Below are positions 1-8,453 of a DNA stretch of 64,000 nt, piece by piece. Position 1 is the stretch's first letter. The number at the start of each line of letters is the position of its first letter. Below the pieces are notes generated by a model. That model worked only from the letters and a program-made list of their open reading frames with translations, did no database searches and was not told where the DNA came from. The DNA is from Vulcanimicrobiota bacterium (GTDB lineage: Bacteria > Vulcanimicrobiota > Vulcanimicrobiia > Vulcanimicrobiales > Vulcanimicrobiaceae): positions 3,264,001 through 3,328,000 of the forward strand of contig OY970223.1 of NCBI GenBank assembly GCA_963714015.1, given 5' to 3'. Made by a program: the position numbers and the translations under genes.

Positions 1-1
1 G

Positions 2-670
2 ATGCCGTCAACCGAAGCCGAACGGCTGGTGGGTTCACTCAGGCGAATTTACGTTCAACGCGATCAGGTGCTCGTGCGGCCCGGTGAACTCATGCCGTAT
101 CTCCACTTTCCCATCGACGCATTTGCTTGGACCTGGACGGAAACGACGAAGACCGAGCGGCCGACGGCCGTCTTCAGTGTCGGGCATCGAGGTGTCATCG
201 AGTGGAATCGCGTGCTGGGCTCGGTACGGGGAGAAACGTGCGCGACGATCATTTCAGGCGGTTCGGTGTGGCGCCTTCCAATCGATATCTTCGAACAACT
301 TCAACCAGGCTTGAGCTCACCGCTGCGTCGCTTGATGCTTCGCTTTGCGAATTCGCTCGTCCTGAATGCCGCTTGCCGTCTGGCTTGTAATTCGGAACAC
401 AACATGGGCGAACGGCTTGCGCGGTGGCTGCTCTGGGTTGCCGATGAATCGGCGCGCTCCGAGTTTTCCATCACGCATCAGCAGATTGCGGACATCGCCG
501 CCATCCGGCGGCCGTCGGTGTCGCTTGCGCTCTCGCAATTTCAGCGCCAAGGGATCGTGCGCTCGCACCACGGTCGTCTGCACATACTCGATCGCGTGCG
601 CCTGGAGCAGATGGTCTGCCCGTGTTACTGGATTATGCGGCACAACGCGGAATTGGTCTTCAACGAATAG
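2..670 (+). CDS. Crp/Fnr family transcriptional regulator (start may lie upstream of window)
   Basis: cNMP-like N-terminal region; C-terminal HTH 'ERLARWLL...ITHQQIADIAAIRRPSVSLALSQFQRQGIV...GRLHILD' and terminal CxCY. Confidence 0.9.
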   Translation: MPSTEAERLVGSLRRIYVQRDQVLVRPGELMPYLHFPIDAFAWTWTETTKTERPTAVFSVGHRGVIEWNRVLGSVRGETCATIISGGSVWRLPIDIFEQLQPGLSSPLRRLMLRFANSLVLNAACRLACNSEHNMGERLARWLLWVADESARSEFSITHQQIADIAAIRRPSVSLALSQFQRQGIVRSHHGRLHILDRVRLEQMVCPCYWIMRHNAELVFNE

Positions 671-680
671 GGCTCTAATT

Positions 681-712
681 AAAACAGCGCCCCCGGTAGG
701 GAGCGCCGTTTT
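681..712. terminator. Bidirectional intrinsic terminator
   Basis: AAAACAGCGC-CCC..GGG-AGCGCCGTTTT hairpin with A/T tails between convergent genes. Confidence 0.7.
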
Positions 713-726
713 CGCACGCCGCGCTC

Positions 727-1263
727 TTACTCTTCTTGGCTGAATCCCAAATCGCGGCTTTGTTCGCGAATCGAATTATTCGCCGTTTCGCGCGCGGCCT
801 CGATCGTTTCTTTGATGACCTCGCCGCTGCGGCGAACGACTTCGCTGCGCGCCTGTCGCATGCGATCCTTCATATCGTCCGCTACCGGACCTAACCGCTG
901 GGATTCCAGTCGCGTTACGGGGAGAACCATGCCGATAAGGAAGCCCAGCGCAACGCCTGCCAGCAACATCGCCATGGGATTATCGCCAGGATTGAGCTGA
1001 ATGTTGCGAGTCATGCCTTGAACGCGCTCTTGCAGCGCATCTCTGGCGCCGGCGACGCGGTCGCGCATGTCACCGGCGCGATCCCGCATATCGCTCGTGC
1101 GGTCGGAGACGGTTCCTTTGGCGTCGTCGATTCGGCCTTGGATGTTTTCCTTGGCACGGTCGACGACATTCGCGTTGTGGGCCACCGATCGAACGTCCTG
1201 CGCGACGCGCCGGCGGGCTTCTTCTACTTCTACTTCGCGGACTTCGCTCCGCTCTTGATCCAT
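727..1263 (-). CDS. Stress-associated helical membrane-anchored protein (DUF3618/DUF883-like)
   Basis: Charged helical 'DMRDRAGDMRDRVAG' segment plus 'NPMAMLLAGVALGFLIGMVLP' TM motif; overlaps the holin-X-type gene. Confidence 0.6.
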   Translation of the reverse strand: MDQERSEVREVEVEEARRRVAQDVRSVAHNANVVDRAKENIQGRIDDAKGTVSDRTSDMRDRAGDMRDRVAGARDALQERVQGMTRNIQLNPGDNPMAMLLAGVALGFLIGMVLPVTRLESQRLGPVADDMKDRMRQARSEVVRRSGEVIKETIEAARETANNSIREQSRDLGFSQEE

Positions 1264-1643
1264 GCTATGTCCTCCTTCACGCTACGCGCGGTTTTGTCGA
1301 ATTCTATAGGAAGCGCGGATTGAAGTTTGATCCATCCGGCAGCGGCGAGTGAGGCCGCCGCAAAGCCCCAAGCAATGGTAATGATAAGTGCCGCAAGCCA
1401 AGGTGTGACCACAGTTGAAAGCACGATGACTGCAAAGGCGGTGAATGCGCCTAACGCCAACAATCCCATCAGTGCGCCGGCGCCGAGCCACACGCCCGCG
1501 GCTGCCAGTCCGGCGAGTTCTTGCCGTGCTTCTTTCTTGAAAAGGTCGAGCTCGGCGTGGAAGAGCGTTCCCAGATCGTGACCGAGATTCGAAACGGATT
1601 CCTTGATCGACGCCGTGTCGACTATCGGTCCCCGTTCGCTCAT
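1230..1643 (-). CDS. Holin-X/YqjE-like membrane protein
   Basis: 'DLGTLFHAELDLFKKE', two TM segments, 'PWLAALII', 'KTARSVKEDIAWIK'. Confidence 0.8.
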   Translation of the reverse strand: MSERGPIVDTASIKESVSNLGHDLGTLFHAELDLFKKEARQELAGLAAAGVWLGAGALMGLLALGAFTAFAVIVLSTVVTPWLAALIITIAWGFAAASLAAAGWIKLQSALPIEFDKTARSVKEDIAWIKSGAKSAK

Positions 1644-2058
1644 TTTCGGTACCCTTGCGGCTGCGAATACGAGTCGACGAACGGAGGGTTTTCAAAGTCC
1701 GACGACTCGCTCGCGGCTCGGACCGTTCGTGCCGCAGGCTAAACCGCCGACGAAGCCGATGCCCGCAAGCAACCACGTCTTGTCGCGCGAAAATGTTTGC
1801 GCGTCGCTCCAAATCTGGGAACCGTCGTTGTTTCGCAGATATCGCGCCACTTGCGTGCCCTGCTGTGCCAGAAGTCTGTACGGCGTCTGCGGCCTGCGGT
1901 TCATTTCTCTCGCGCAGAACGTCACCCACTTCGCGCGCCAGATTCAGATAATGCTCGACGCGGTCCGCCAGCATTGTCGTGCCGCGGTCGACCGCCTGAT
2001 TGATAATCGATTGAGATTTTCGCAGCAGATCGCCGGTCTGTTCCAAAGTTACCGCCAT
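1640..2058 (-). CDS. DUF883-like protein, split by two apparent indels
   Basis: Joins MAVTLEQ...ADAVQT / LAQQGTQVARYLRNNDGSQIWSDAQTFSRDKTWLLAGIGFVGGLA / AARTVRAASE...GYRK*; stop overlaps next ATG (ATGA); shifts near 1870 and 1737. Confidence 0.6.
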
Positions 2059-2138
2059 ATTTCTAATCCTTAAATCTCCGTGTGGCGTGCGTGCTGATTA
2101 CAGCTCCTTCATACCCAGGGCGTCGACAGGCGCGGCGC

Positions 2139-3308
2139 TTAAGCGGTCACTACCTCGCCCTTTGCCACGGCAGTCGTCCGCCCAGCAGGCAGCAGCTCCA
2201 CTTTGAGCCAGCCGTCCTGGTGTGTATCGAATGCCTTGTACGCGTCGATCGCCTTCTCGAACGGTTCCCTCTGCGAAAGAATACGCGAAGGCCGCAGTTC
2301 GCCTGCGGCGACGAAACGGATCAGCTGCGGCAGGTAACGGCGGTGCGGACAATCTCCCATACGAATCGTCAGATTCTTTCCGAACGCTTTGCCGAAATCG
2401 AGGCCCTTGAACCCCGGCGGATAAACGCCAATCACGGAAATCGTGCCGGCCTTGGCGACCATCTCGACTGCGCCTTGCAGCGGCATCTCCGGCGCGCTGC
2501 CTTTGGACCATTGCTTCTTGGAGTGGCGCCCCTCGTCCGCATCGATTCCGACGGCGTCGATCACGCTGTCCGGCCCCACTCCGCCGGTAAGTTGTTTGAT
2601 CACTTCGATCGGATCTTCGCGCACGTAATCGACGACTTCCGCGCCCTGATTTCGAGCGGCCTCGAGACGCGTGGATTCCGCGTCCACTGCAAAGACTCGC
2701 CCGGCGCCCATCAGTTTGGCGCTCGCTATGGCCATCTCTCCGACCGGTCCGCATCCCAAGACGGCCACAGTGTGACCGCGTTTGATGTTCGCCATGTCGG
2801 CGCCGAAATATGCAGTCGGCATGATGTCCGAGAGCAGAATCGCATCGTCGTCCGTGACTTCGTCCGGTAGTTTCACTGCGTTGATCGGTGCGAACGGAAT
2901 GCGCGCGTATTCCGCCTGCAGTCCGTCGAATGGTCCGGACTGCTTGGGTCCGCCGTAAAATGCCGTATTCTCCGGGCCTTCCGGATTTGCGTTATCGCAT
3001 TTGGAAAAGTACCCCGCGCGGCAGTAGGAACAGTATCCGCAAGCAATCGTCGAGCCGACGACTACGCGGTCCCCCGGCTTGAGGTTGCGAACGCCCTTTC
3101 CAACCTGCCGTACAACGCCGACGCCCTCATGTCCAAGAATCTTGCCCTTCTCCAGCGGAGGCATCGAACCGCGAATGAAATGTAAATCGGTGCCGCAGAT
3201 GGCACTCGACGTCAGTTGAATAATCGCATCCTGATCGTCCAGAATTTTCGGCTCCGGAACGTCGTCCAGCCGAATGTCGGCTACGCCGTGAAAAACAACT
3301 GCCTTCAT
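2139..3308 (-). CDS. Zn-dependent alcohol/formaldehyde dehydrogenase (MDR family)
   Basis: ICGTDLH, GHEGVG, CGYCSYC..C structural Zn site, GCGPVG Rossmann motif. Confidence 0.92.
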   Translation of the reverse strand: MKAVVFHGVADIRLDDVPEPKILDDQDAIIQLTSSAICGTDLHFIRGSMPPLEKGKILGHEGVGVVRQVGKGVRNLKPGDRVVVGSTIACGYCSYCRAGYFSKCDNANPEGPENTAFYGGPKQSGPFDGLQAEYARIPFAPINAVKLPDEVTDDDAILLSDIMPTAYFGADMANIKRGHTVAVLGCGPVGEMAIASAKLMGAGRVFAVDAESTRLEAARNQGAEVVDYVREDPIEVIKQLTGGVGPDSVIDAVGIDADEGRHSKKQWSKGSAPEMPLQGAVEMVAKAGTISVIGVYPPGFKGLDFGKAFGKNLTIRMGDCPHRRYLPQLIRFVAAGELRPSRILSQREPFEKAIDAYKAFDTHQDGWLKVELLPAGRTTAVAKGEVVTA

Positions 3309-3381
3309 GATCCCCTACTCCTGAGGGCATCCCGCCCACAAGCCGGTGTTTCCCACGCCGCACGGAACCAACCCCGGAAGA

Positions 3382-4023
3382 ATGATTTTTCAAGACCGCG
3401 CGGATGCGGGCAAGCAACTGGCCGCAAAACTTTCAGCGTATGCCGGTCCGCAAACGCGCGTGCTCGCGCTTCCCCGCGGCGGTCTCCCGATAGGCTATGA
3501 AGTATCGCGCGGGCTGCGCGCGCCGCTCGACGTTTTCGTCGTGCGCAAAATCGGAGCACCGGGACGCGAAGAGCTGGCTCTGGGCGCAATCGCCTCGGGT
3601 GGCGTGCGGGTGCTGAACGAAGAGACGATAGCGGCGCTCGGTGTCGACGACGCAACCCTCGATACCGTTGCGTTGCGGGAACAAGCCGAGCTCGAGCGGC
3701 GCGAAGCGGCTTATCGCGTTGATGCGGCGCCCCACGACGTCGCCGGACGGACCGTGATCCTCGTCGACGACGGGCTTGCGACGGGAGCCAGCATGTCCGC
3801 CGCCGTGCTAGCAGTGCGCACGCTCAAACCCAAAGAGATCGTCGTCGCCGTTCCCGTTGCACCGGCCGACACGGTAGAGGCCCTTTCTGCCGAAGTCGAC
3901 GACATCGTTTGTCTTGCCGTGCCGCGTCCGTTTCGCGGCGTCGGCGCATGGTATGCGGATTTTCGTCAAGTAACCGACGAGGAGGTAAGAACATTCTTGC
4001 GAGCGGCCAATGAACGCGCGTAG
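3382..4023 (+). CDS. Phosphoribosyltransferase family protein
   Basis: 'FQDRADAG', 'LPRGG', 'VRKIGAP', PRPP motif 'VILVDDGLATGASM'. Confidence 0.9.
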   Translation: MIFQDRADAGKQLAAKLSAYAGPQTRVLALPRGGLPIGYEVSRGLRAPLDVFVVRKIGAPGREELALGAIASGGVRVLNEETIAALGVDDATLDTVALREQAELERREAAYRVDAAPHDVAGRTVILVDDGLATGASMSAAVLAVRTLKPKEIVVAVPVAPADTVEALSAEVDDIVCLAVPRPFRGVGAWYADFRQVTDEEVRTFLRAANERA

Positions 4024-4957
4024 ATTGCGCACCGACAACATTCCCGCAGACGGTGATGCAGCGACGATTGAAGTCGAGGGCAAACGCGTCGGCCTGAGCA
4101 ACCTGAACAAAGTGTTCTGGCCCGAACTCGGATTGACCAAACGGGATTTGCTGGCATATTACGATCGAATGGCGCCGCTCATCCTGCCGCACGTCCGCGA
4201 CAAGGCCATGGTGATGAAACGCTATCCCAACGGCATCAGCGGCGACTTCTTCTTCATGAAGCGCACGCCGGCGGTACGGCCCGACTGGATTCAAACGTGC
4301 GCGATCACGCACGGATCCGGCAACGTCATCAACTTCCCGATGGTTCAGGATAGGCCGACGCTGCTGTGGCTCATCAACCTGGGCTGCATCGATCTGAATC
4401 CTTGGTATGCGCCGTGCGAAACCTTTACGCAGCCCGATTATCTGCATTTCGATCTCGACCCGCATTCAGCGCCGTTCGAGATGGTGCGCGAAGCGGCCCT
4501 GATCGTTCGCGACGCGCTACACGTCCTGAAGATGAAGCCTCTTGCCAAGACTTCCGGCGGGCACGGCATGCATGTCTACGTCGCGATAAAACACGGGCCC
4601 GACCAGCACACGGTGTGGAGCACCGCCAAGCAAATTTCACACGAACTGGCCAAAGGGCATGCGGACATCCTGACCGCCGTCTACAAAGTCGAAAAACGCC
4701 CGAAGAATCGCGTGCTGCTGGACTACAACCAAAATCGCTTCGGCGCTACGCTGGCATCGATTTACTCCGTCCGCCCGAACGCCTATGCGGGCGTCTCGAC
4801 GCCGGTCACGTGGGAGGAAGTCGAGGGCGGCTGCGTCCCCGAGGACTTCACAATCGCCAACGTCCCGAATCGCGTCGGCCAACTCGGCGATCTGTGGAAG
4901 CCGCTCACACAGCAGCGCGGGCGCTACGATCTTCAGGCGTTGCTGGGGAGCTCGTAA
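4010..4957 (+). CDS. Stand-alone LigD-type primase-polymerase domain
   Basis: 'LSNLNKVFWP..TKRDLLAYY', 'KRYPNG..FFMK', 'FDLDP', 'KTSGGHGMHVY', 'DYNQN..TLASIYSVRP'. Confidence 0.92.
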   Translation: MNARRLRTDNIPADGDAATIEVEGKRVGLSNLNKVFWPELGLTKRDLLAYYDRMAPLILPHVRDKAMVMKRYPNGISGDFFFMKRTPAVRPDWIQTCAITHGSGNVINFPMVQDRPTLLWLINLGCIDLNPWYAPCETFTQPDYLHFDLDPHSAPFEMVREAALIVRDALHVLKMKPLAKTSGGHGMHVYVAIKHGPDQHTVWSTAKQISHELAKGHADILTAVYKVEKRPKNRVLLDYNQNRFGATLASIYSVRPNAYAGVSTPVTWEEVEGGCVPEDFTIANVPNRVGQLGDLWKPLTQQRGRYDLQALLGSS

Positions 4958-4963
4958 CGCGCT

Positions 4964-5998
4964 ATGCTCGATAATCTTCCCCTCAAACCGCCGATCGAGC
5001 CGATGGAGGCAAGGGCATCGACGACGATCCCGAAAGGCGAGGGCTGGCTATACGAGCCCAAGTGGGACGGATTTCGGTGTATCGCGTTTCGCGACGGTGA
5101 CGAGGTGGCGATGCAGTCGAAGGCGGGACAACCGCTGGAGCGCTATTTTCCGGAAATCGTCGATGCGCTGACGGCCCTGACCAGCAAACGTTTCGTGCTG
5201 GACGGAGAGATTTTCATCGAACAGAATGAAACGCTCGATTTCGATGCGTTATTGCAGCGCATCCATCCGGCTGCGTCGCGCATTCGAAAGCTCTCCGTCG
5301 AAACGCCCGCTACGCTCGCAATCTTCGACCTGCTTGCCGGCGAGGGAAAAGCATTGTTCGAGCGGCCGCTTCGCGAGCGACGCGACGCACTGGAAGAGTT
5401 CGCAGAGAAGCACTTCAAAAAAAAGCGCCGTATCGGTCTTTCGCCGGCATCGACCGATCTTGTCAAAGCTCGCGGATGGCTCAACGGCGAGCTTGCGCGC
5501 TTTGACGGCGCGATGGCCAAGAGGCTCGACCGGCCTTACCGTTTCGGCGAGCGTGACGCGGTCGTCAAAGTAAAGCGCGTCTATACCGCCGATTGCGTCG
5601 TCGGAGGATTTCGTCTCGCAAAAGACGGTAAAACAATCGGCTCGTTGCTGCTCGGCCTCTATGACGACGAGGGTCTGCTGCATTTGGTGGGTTTCATCGG
5701 CAGCCTTACCGCTGCTGAGCGTGCTCGTGCCGGCGCGCTCCTCAAACCCATCGTTCAGGAACCCGGGTTCACTGGAGCGCGGCCCGGCGGGACCAGCCGA
5801 TGGGGATCGCGCGAAACCAAGTGGCATCCCGTCGCTGCAAAGATCGTCGTCGAGGTGCGCTTCGATCATGTTACCGCGCACCGGTTTAGGCATGGAGCGC
5901 GCTTCGTTCGGTGGCGGCCCGACAAGCCGCCGCGACAGTGCACGATGGAACAGCTCTATAGCCGGGTAAATGTTGCAGATGAAACGCTTGGGTCGTAA
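4964..5998 (+). CDS. ligC: ATP-dependent DNA ligase (LigC-type)
   Basis: Motif I 'YEPKWDGFR', 'LDGEI', 'FDLL', 'VKVK', 'SLLLGLYD', 'RFRHGARFVRWRPDK'. Confidence 0.9.
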   Translation: MLDNLPLKPPIEPMEARASTTIPKGEGWLYEPKWDGFRCIAFRDGDEVAMQSKAGQPLERYFPEIVDALTALTSKRFVLDGEIFIEQNETLDFDALLQRIHPAASRIRKLSVETPATLAIFDLLAGEGKALFERPLRERRDALEEFAEKHFKKKRRIGLSPASTDLVKARGWLNGELARFDGAMAKRLDRPYRFGERDAVVKVKRVYTADCVVGGFRLAKDGKTIGSLLLGLYDDEGLLHLVGFIGSLTAAERARAGALLKPIVQEPGFTGARPGGTSRWGSRETKWHPVAAKIVVEVRFDHVTAHRFRHGARFVRWRPDKPPRQCTMEQLYSRVNVADETLGS

Positions 5999-6257
5999 AA
6001 CATTGCAGTCGTCGAATCGCCGCCGTGCTGCCGAAGCGGGGCAACAGGACAATGTCGTTCCCGGACGCCGCACTGCCGAACGCGGCGTCATCGACGCAGA
6101 ATCCGGCGAGGAAGTATACGGCGTATTGCTTTCGGAGCGCCGGCGCATGGGCGAGAGCAACCCGTCCGTGCCCGCCGAGAAAACTCAGAATACTAGAAGC
6201 ACCGAGCCGAAAAGCGTGCCGAAAACCGGCATTGCGAAAGATCGGAAGTCAAAATGA
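5979..6257 (+). CDS. Hypothetical basic protein
   Basis: ORF overlapping the ligase end and coupled (ATGA) to the next gene; no recognisable domain. Confidence 0.4.
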   Translation: MKRLGRKTLQSSNRRRAAEAGQQDNVVPGRRTAERGVIDAESGEEVYGVLLSERRRMGESNPSVPAEKTQNTRSTEPKSVPKTGIAKDRKSK

Positions 6258-6469
6258 GCGCGTACGGGGTCGAACCGTACGATCGCGCCCATGCCCACAT
6301 CGATCTTCGGATGGACGCCGCTGCGGCGAACCGCATTTTGCTCGCGATCGAACACCTGGATCAGGCGTCCGGCGTCGATCCGGCACTCGACGATCTGCGC
6401 CGGCTGCTGAAAGCGGCGCTGGTCAAGAAATCTTCGGGCGACGTGGACAGTGAGCCGAGCACCGAGTAA
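6254..6469 (+). CDS. Hypothetical protein
   Basis: 71-aa helical ORF in operon position. Confidence 0.5.
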   Translation: MSAYGVEPYDRAHAHIDLRMDAAAANRILLAIEHLDQASGVDPALDDLRRLLKAALVKKSSGDVDSEPSTE

Positions 6470-6475
6470 ACGTGC

Positions 6476-6501
6476 GTTTCCCGTTTTCAGGATACGGGTA
6501 A
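6476..6501 (+). promoter_or_regulatory. Putative SigB/SigF-type stress promoter
   Basis: GTTT-N16-GGGTAA about 30 nt upstream of GGAGG + GTG start at 6534. Confidence 0.55.
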
Positions 6502-6533
6502 CGAAAAACAACTACGAAATTGGAGGTTCCTAA

Positions 6534-7352
6534 GTGGCTACAGCAACGCGCACGAACGATCGCGACGAAATCCGCCGCTGGGTCGAAAGCCGCGACGGCC
6601 GTCCGGCGATCGTTAAAGGAACGGGCGGCGTACTGCGCATCGACTTCGGAGAACCGGAGGAAGAACTCGAACGCGTGAGTTGGGATCGCTTCTTCGACGT
6701 ATTCGACTCCAGCAACCTCGACTTTCTGTACGATCCGCGCGGCCATATGGTCAAATTCGTGAGCCGCGAATCCAACGGAGGAACGAGCATGGCAAGACGA
6801 AAGAGCAGCGGCCGTAAAAAATCCAGCGGGCGCAAAAAGAGCAGTAACGGGCGCAAGAAGAGCACCGGCGGACGCAAGAAGAGCACCGGCGGACGCAAGA
6901 AGAGCACCAGCGGACGCAAGAAGAGCACCGGCGGACGCAAGAAGAGCACCAGCGGGCGCAAGAAGAGCACCGGCGGACGCAAGAAGAGCACCGGCGGACG
7001 CAAGAAGAGCACCGGCGGACGCAAGAAGAGCACCAGCGGACGCAAGAAGAGCACCGGCGGACGCAAGAAGAGCACCAGCGGGCGCAAGAAGAGCACCGGC
7101 GGACGCAAGAAGAGCACCGGCGGACGCAAGAAGAGCACCGGCGGACGGAAATACGGCGCGAAGGCTGGACGCAAGGTCGAGCGTTCGATGCACGAGATGA
7201 AGCGCGGCGAGCTCAAATCGGGACGCAGCGGGAAGAAGGTCAAGAGCCGCAAGCAAGCCATCGCGATCGGTCTATCGGAGGCCAGGCGCAGCGGTGGAAA
7301 AGTTCCACCGAATCCCAACCGCAAAGGCGGTCGCCGGAAGAAATCCCGGTAG
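6534..7352 (+). CDS. Basic histone-like repeat protein: small N-terminal domain + (RKKST[G/S]G)14 + DUF6496-like C-terminus; internal start at 6789
   Basis: N-domain 'EIRRWVESRDGRPA..LRIDF..VSWDRFF'; GGAGGA RBS before ATG 6789; C-terminal 'KVERSMHEMKRGELKSGRSGKKVKSRKQAIAIGLSEARR'. Confidence 0.8.
   Translation: MATATRTNDRDEIRRWVESRDGRPAIVKGTGGVLRIDFGEPEEELERVSWDRFFDVFDSSNLDFLYDPRGHMVKFVSRESNGGTSMARRKSSGRKKSSGRKKSSNGRKKSTGGRKKSTGGRKKSTSGRKKSTGGRKKSTSGRKKSTGGRKKSTGGRKKSTGGRKKSTSGRKKSTGGRKKSTSGRKKSTGGRKKSTGGRKKSTGGRKYGAKAGRKVERSMHEMKRGELKSGRSGKKVKSRKQAIAIGLSEARRSGGKVPPNPNRKGGRRKKSR
6852..7145 (+). repeat. Coding tandem repeat, 14 x 21 bp (CGCAAGAAGAGCACC[G/A]GCGG[A/G])
   Basis: Counted directly; variant units at positions 3, 5, 9 and 11 give a 126-bp higher-order period. 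Confidence 0.97.
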
Positions 7353-7361
7353 CGGCCGGCG

Positions 7362-7727
7362 ATGAATAACGATATTCCGCGTCTGGGGCCGCACCAATTG
7401 GATACGGCGACCATGCCGATCATCGATGCGCGCACTCATCAAGGAAAAGAGCAGATCCGCGGCGCCGTGCGCTACGATCCCAAGCGTTTATTGGCCGAGG
7501 AACACCTGACGCTGCCGATGGCGCACGACGAATCGATCGTCGTCTACGCCGAGGACGAAAAGCATGCGCTCGCAGTGGCCGAACATCTGCGCCGCCAGGG
7601 CTACGAAAACGCCGCAGTGCTCGCCGGCGGCTTAGACGCGTATCGTGACGCGGGACTCCCGCTCGAGCAGGCGACGCAAGAGCAGCCCATTCCCGGTCAA
7701 GAGGGCGCCGGAATTCCGCGTGGTTGA
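7362..7727 (+). CDS. Rhodanese-like domain protein (no catalytic Cys seen)
   Basis: 'IIDAR..IRGAV', 'IVVYAED', 'LRRQGY..AAVLAGGLDAY'. Confidence 0.8.
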   Translation: MNNDIPRLGPHQLDTATMPIIDARTHQGKEQIRGAVRYDPKRLLAEEHLTLPMAHDESIVVYAEDEKHALAVAEHLRRQGYENAAVLAGGLDAYRDAGLPLEQATQEQPIPGQEGAGIPRG

Positions 7728-7736
7728 AATGCGCGC

Positions 7737-8261
7737 CTAGTCGCTGAGGCGAGGCGGCGAGATCTGCAGCAAATTGAGCACGTGCGAGAGCCGTGTGGCG
7801 TAACCTTCTTGACCGCTGCGCAGCAGTTCGTCGCGCATCTGCCGCAATTCGTCGACGGCACGGCTGACGTTGGGGCGGTTCATCTCGCGAAACATTTCAC
7901 GAGCTCGATTGAACCGGCTTTCGTCATCCTCGGCGCCGACGGCGCGACGCTCGAACGAAGGCAGTTCTTCGGAGTGTCCCAAGACGATGTCGCCGACGAT
8001 TTCGATAATGGCGTCGGCGTGGACTCGGGCATTGGTCGCCGCCAGGTCCACGTAGCGTTCTTCACGGTCTCGCGCAGAGATCGCAATCAAATTTGCCTCG
8101 ACGCAGAGTTCGATCAGGCCGCCCACCAGCGGTACCGCATCGGAAGCGGCCTCGAGGTAAGCCTCATAGACCTCGTCCTCGTCTTCGTCAGTGGCATCAA
8201 GGTAATCGTTCCAGGCGCGGCGCGCGTCGAGGATTGCGCGAAAGACCTCTGAGTCAGGCAT
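7737..8261 (-). CDS. Hypothetical acidic helical protein
   Basis: 174-aa ORF with plausible composition; no motif recognised. Confidence 0.65.
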   Translation of the reverse strand: MPDSEVFRAILDARRAWNDYLDATDEDEDEVYEAYLEAASDAVPLVGGLIELCVEANLIAISARDREERYVDLAATNARVHADAIIEIVGDIVLGHSEELPSFERRAVGAEDDESRFNRAREMFREMNRPNVSRAVDELRQMRDELLRSGQEGYATRLSHVLNLLQISPPRLSD

Positions 8262-8453
8262 GGCTGCGGTCTTTCGCCGCGGGACGCGTGAGTTACTCGC
8301 GTCGTAAAGCGGGATGCCGTTCGCTCAATGGGGAGGTATTGAGTGAGCGGCATTCCCAGGTTTGTGAGTTACGAAAAGCGAGTCCGGACGCATCGATGCT
8401 CGCCAAAATATCGATGGGGCGTTCCCGCATTGTGCTGTTACCCCAAATCGGCA

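Noticed and set aside
1230..1643. Prophage lysis gene
   Set aside because: Holin-X/YqjE-type genes are chromosomal stress genes; no phage genes nearby
6852..7145. CRISPR array
   Set aside because: Contiguous 21-bp units with no spacers, in-frame coding, and no cas genes
6423..7435. Antisense ORFs with (ASAGALL)n and (RPPVLFL)n repeats
   Set aside because: Shadow frames of the stop-free repeat; the + frame has an RBS, a promoter-like motif and recognisable domains
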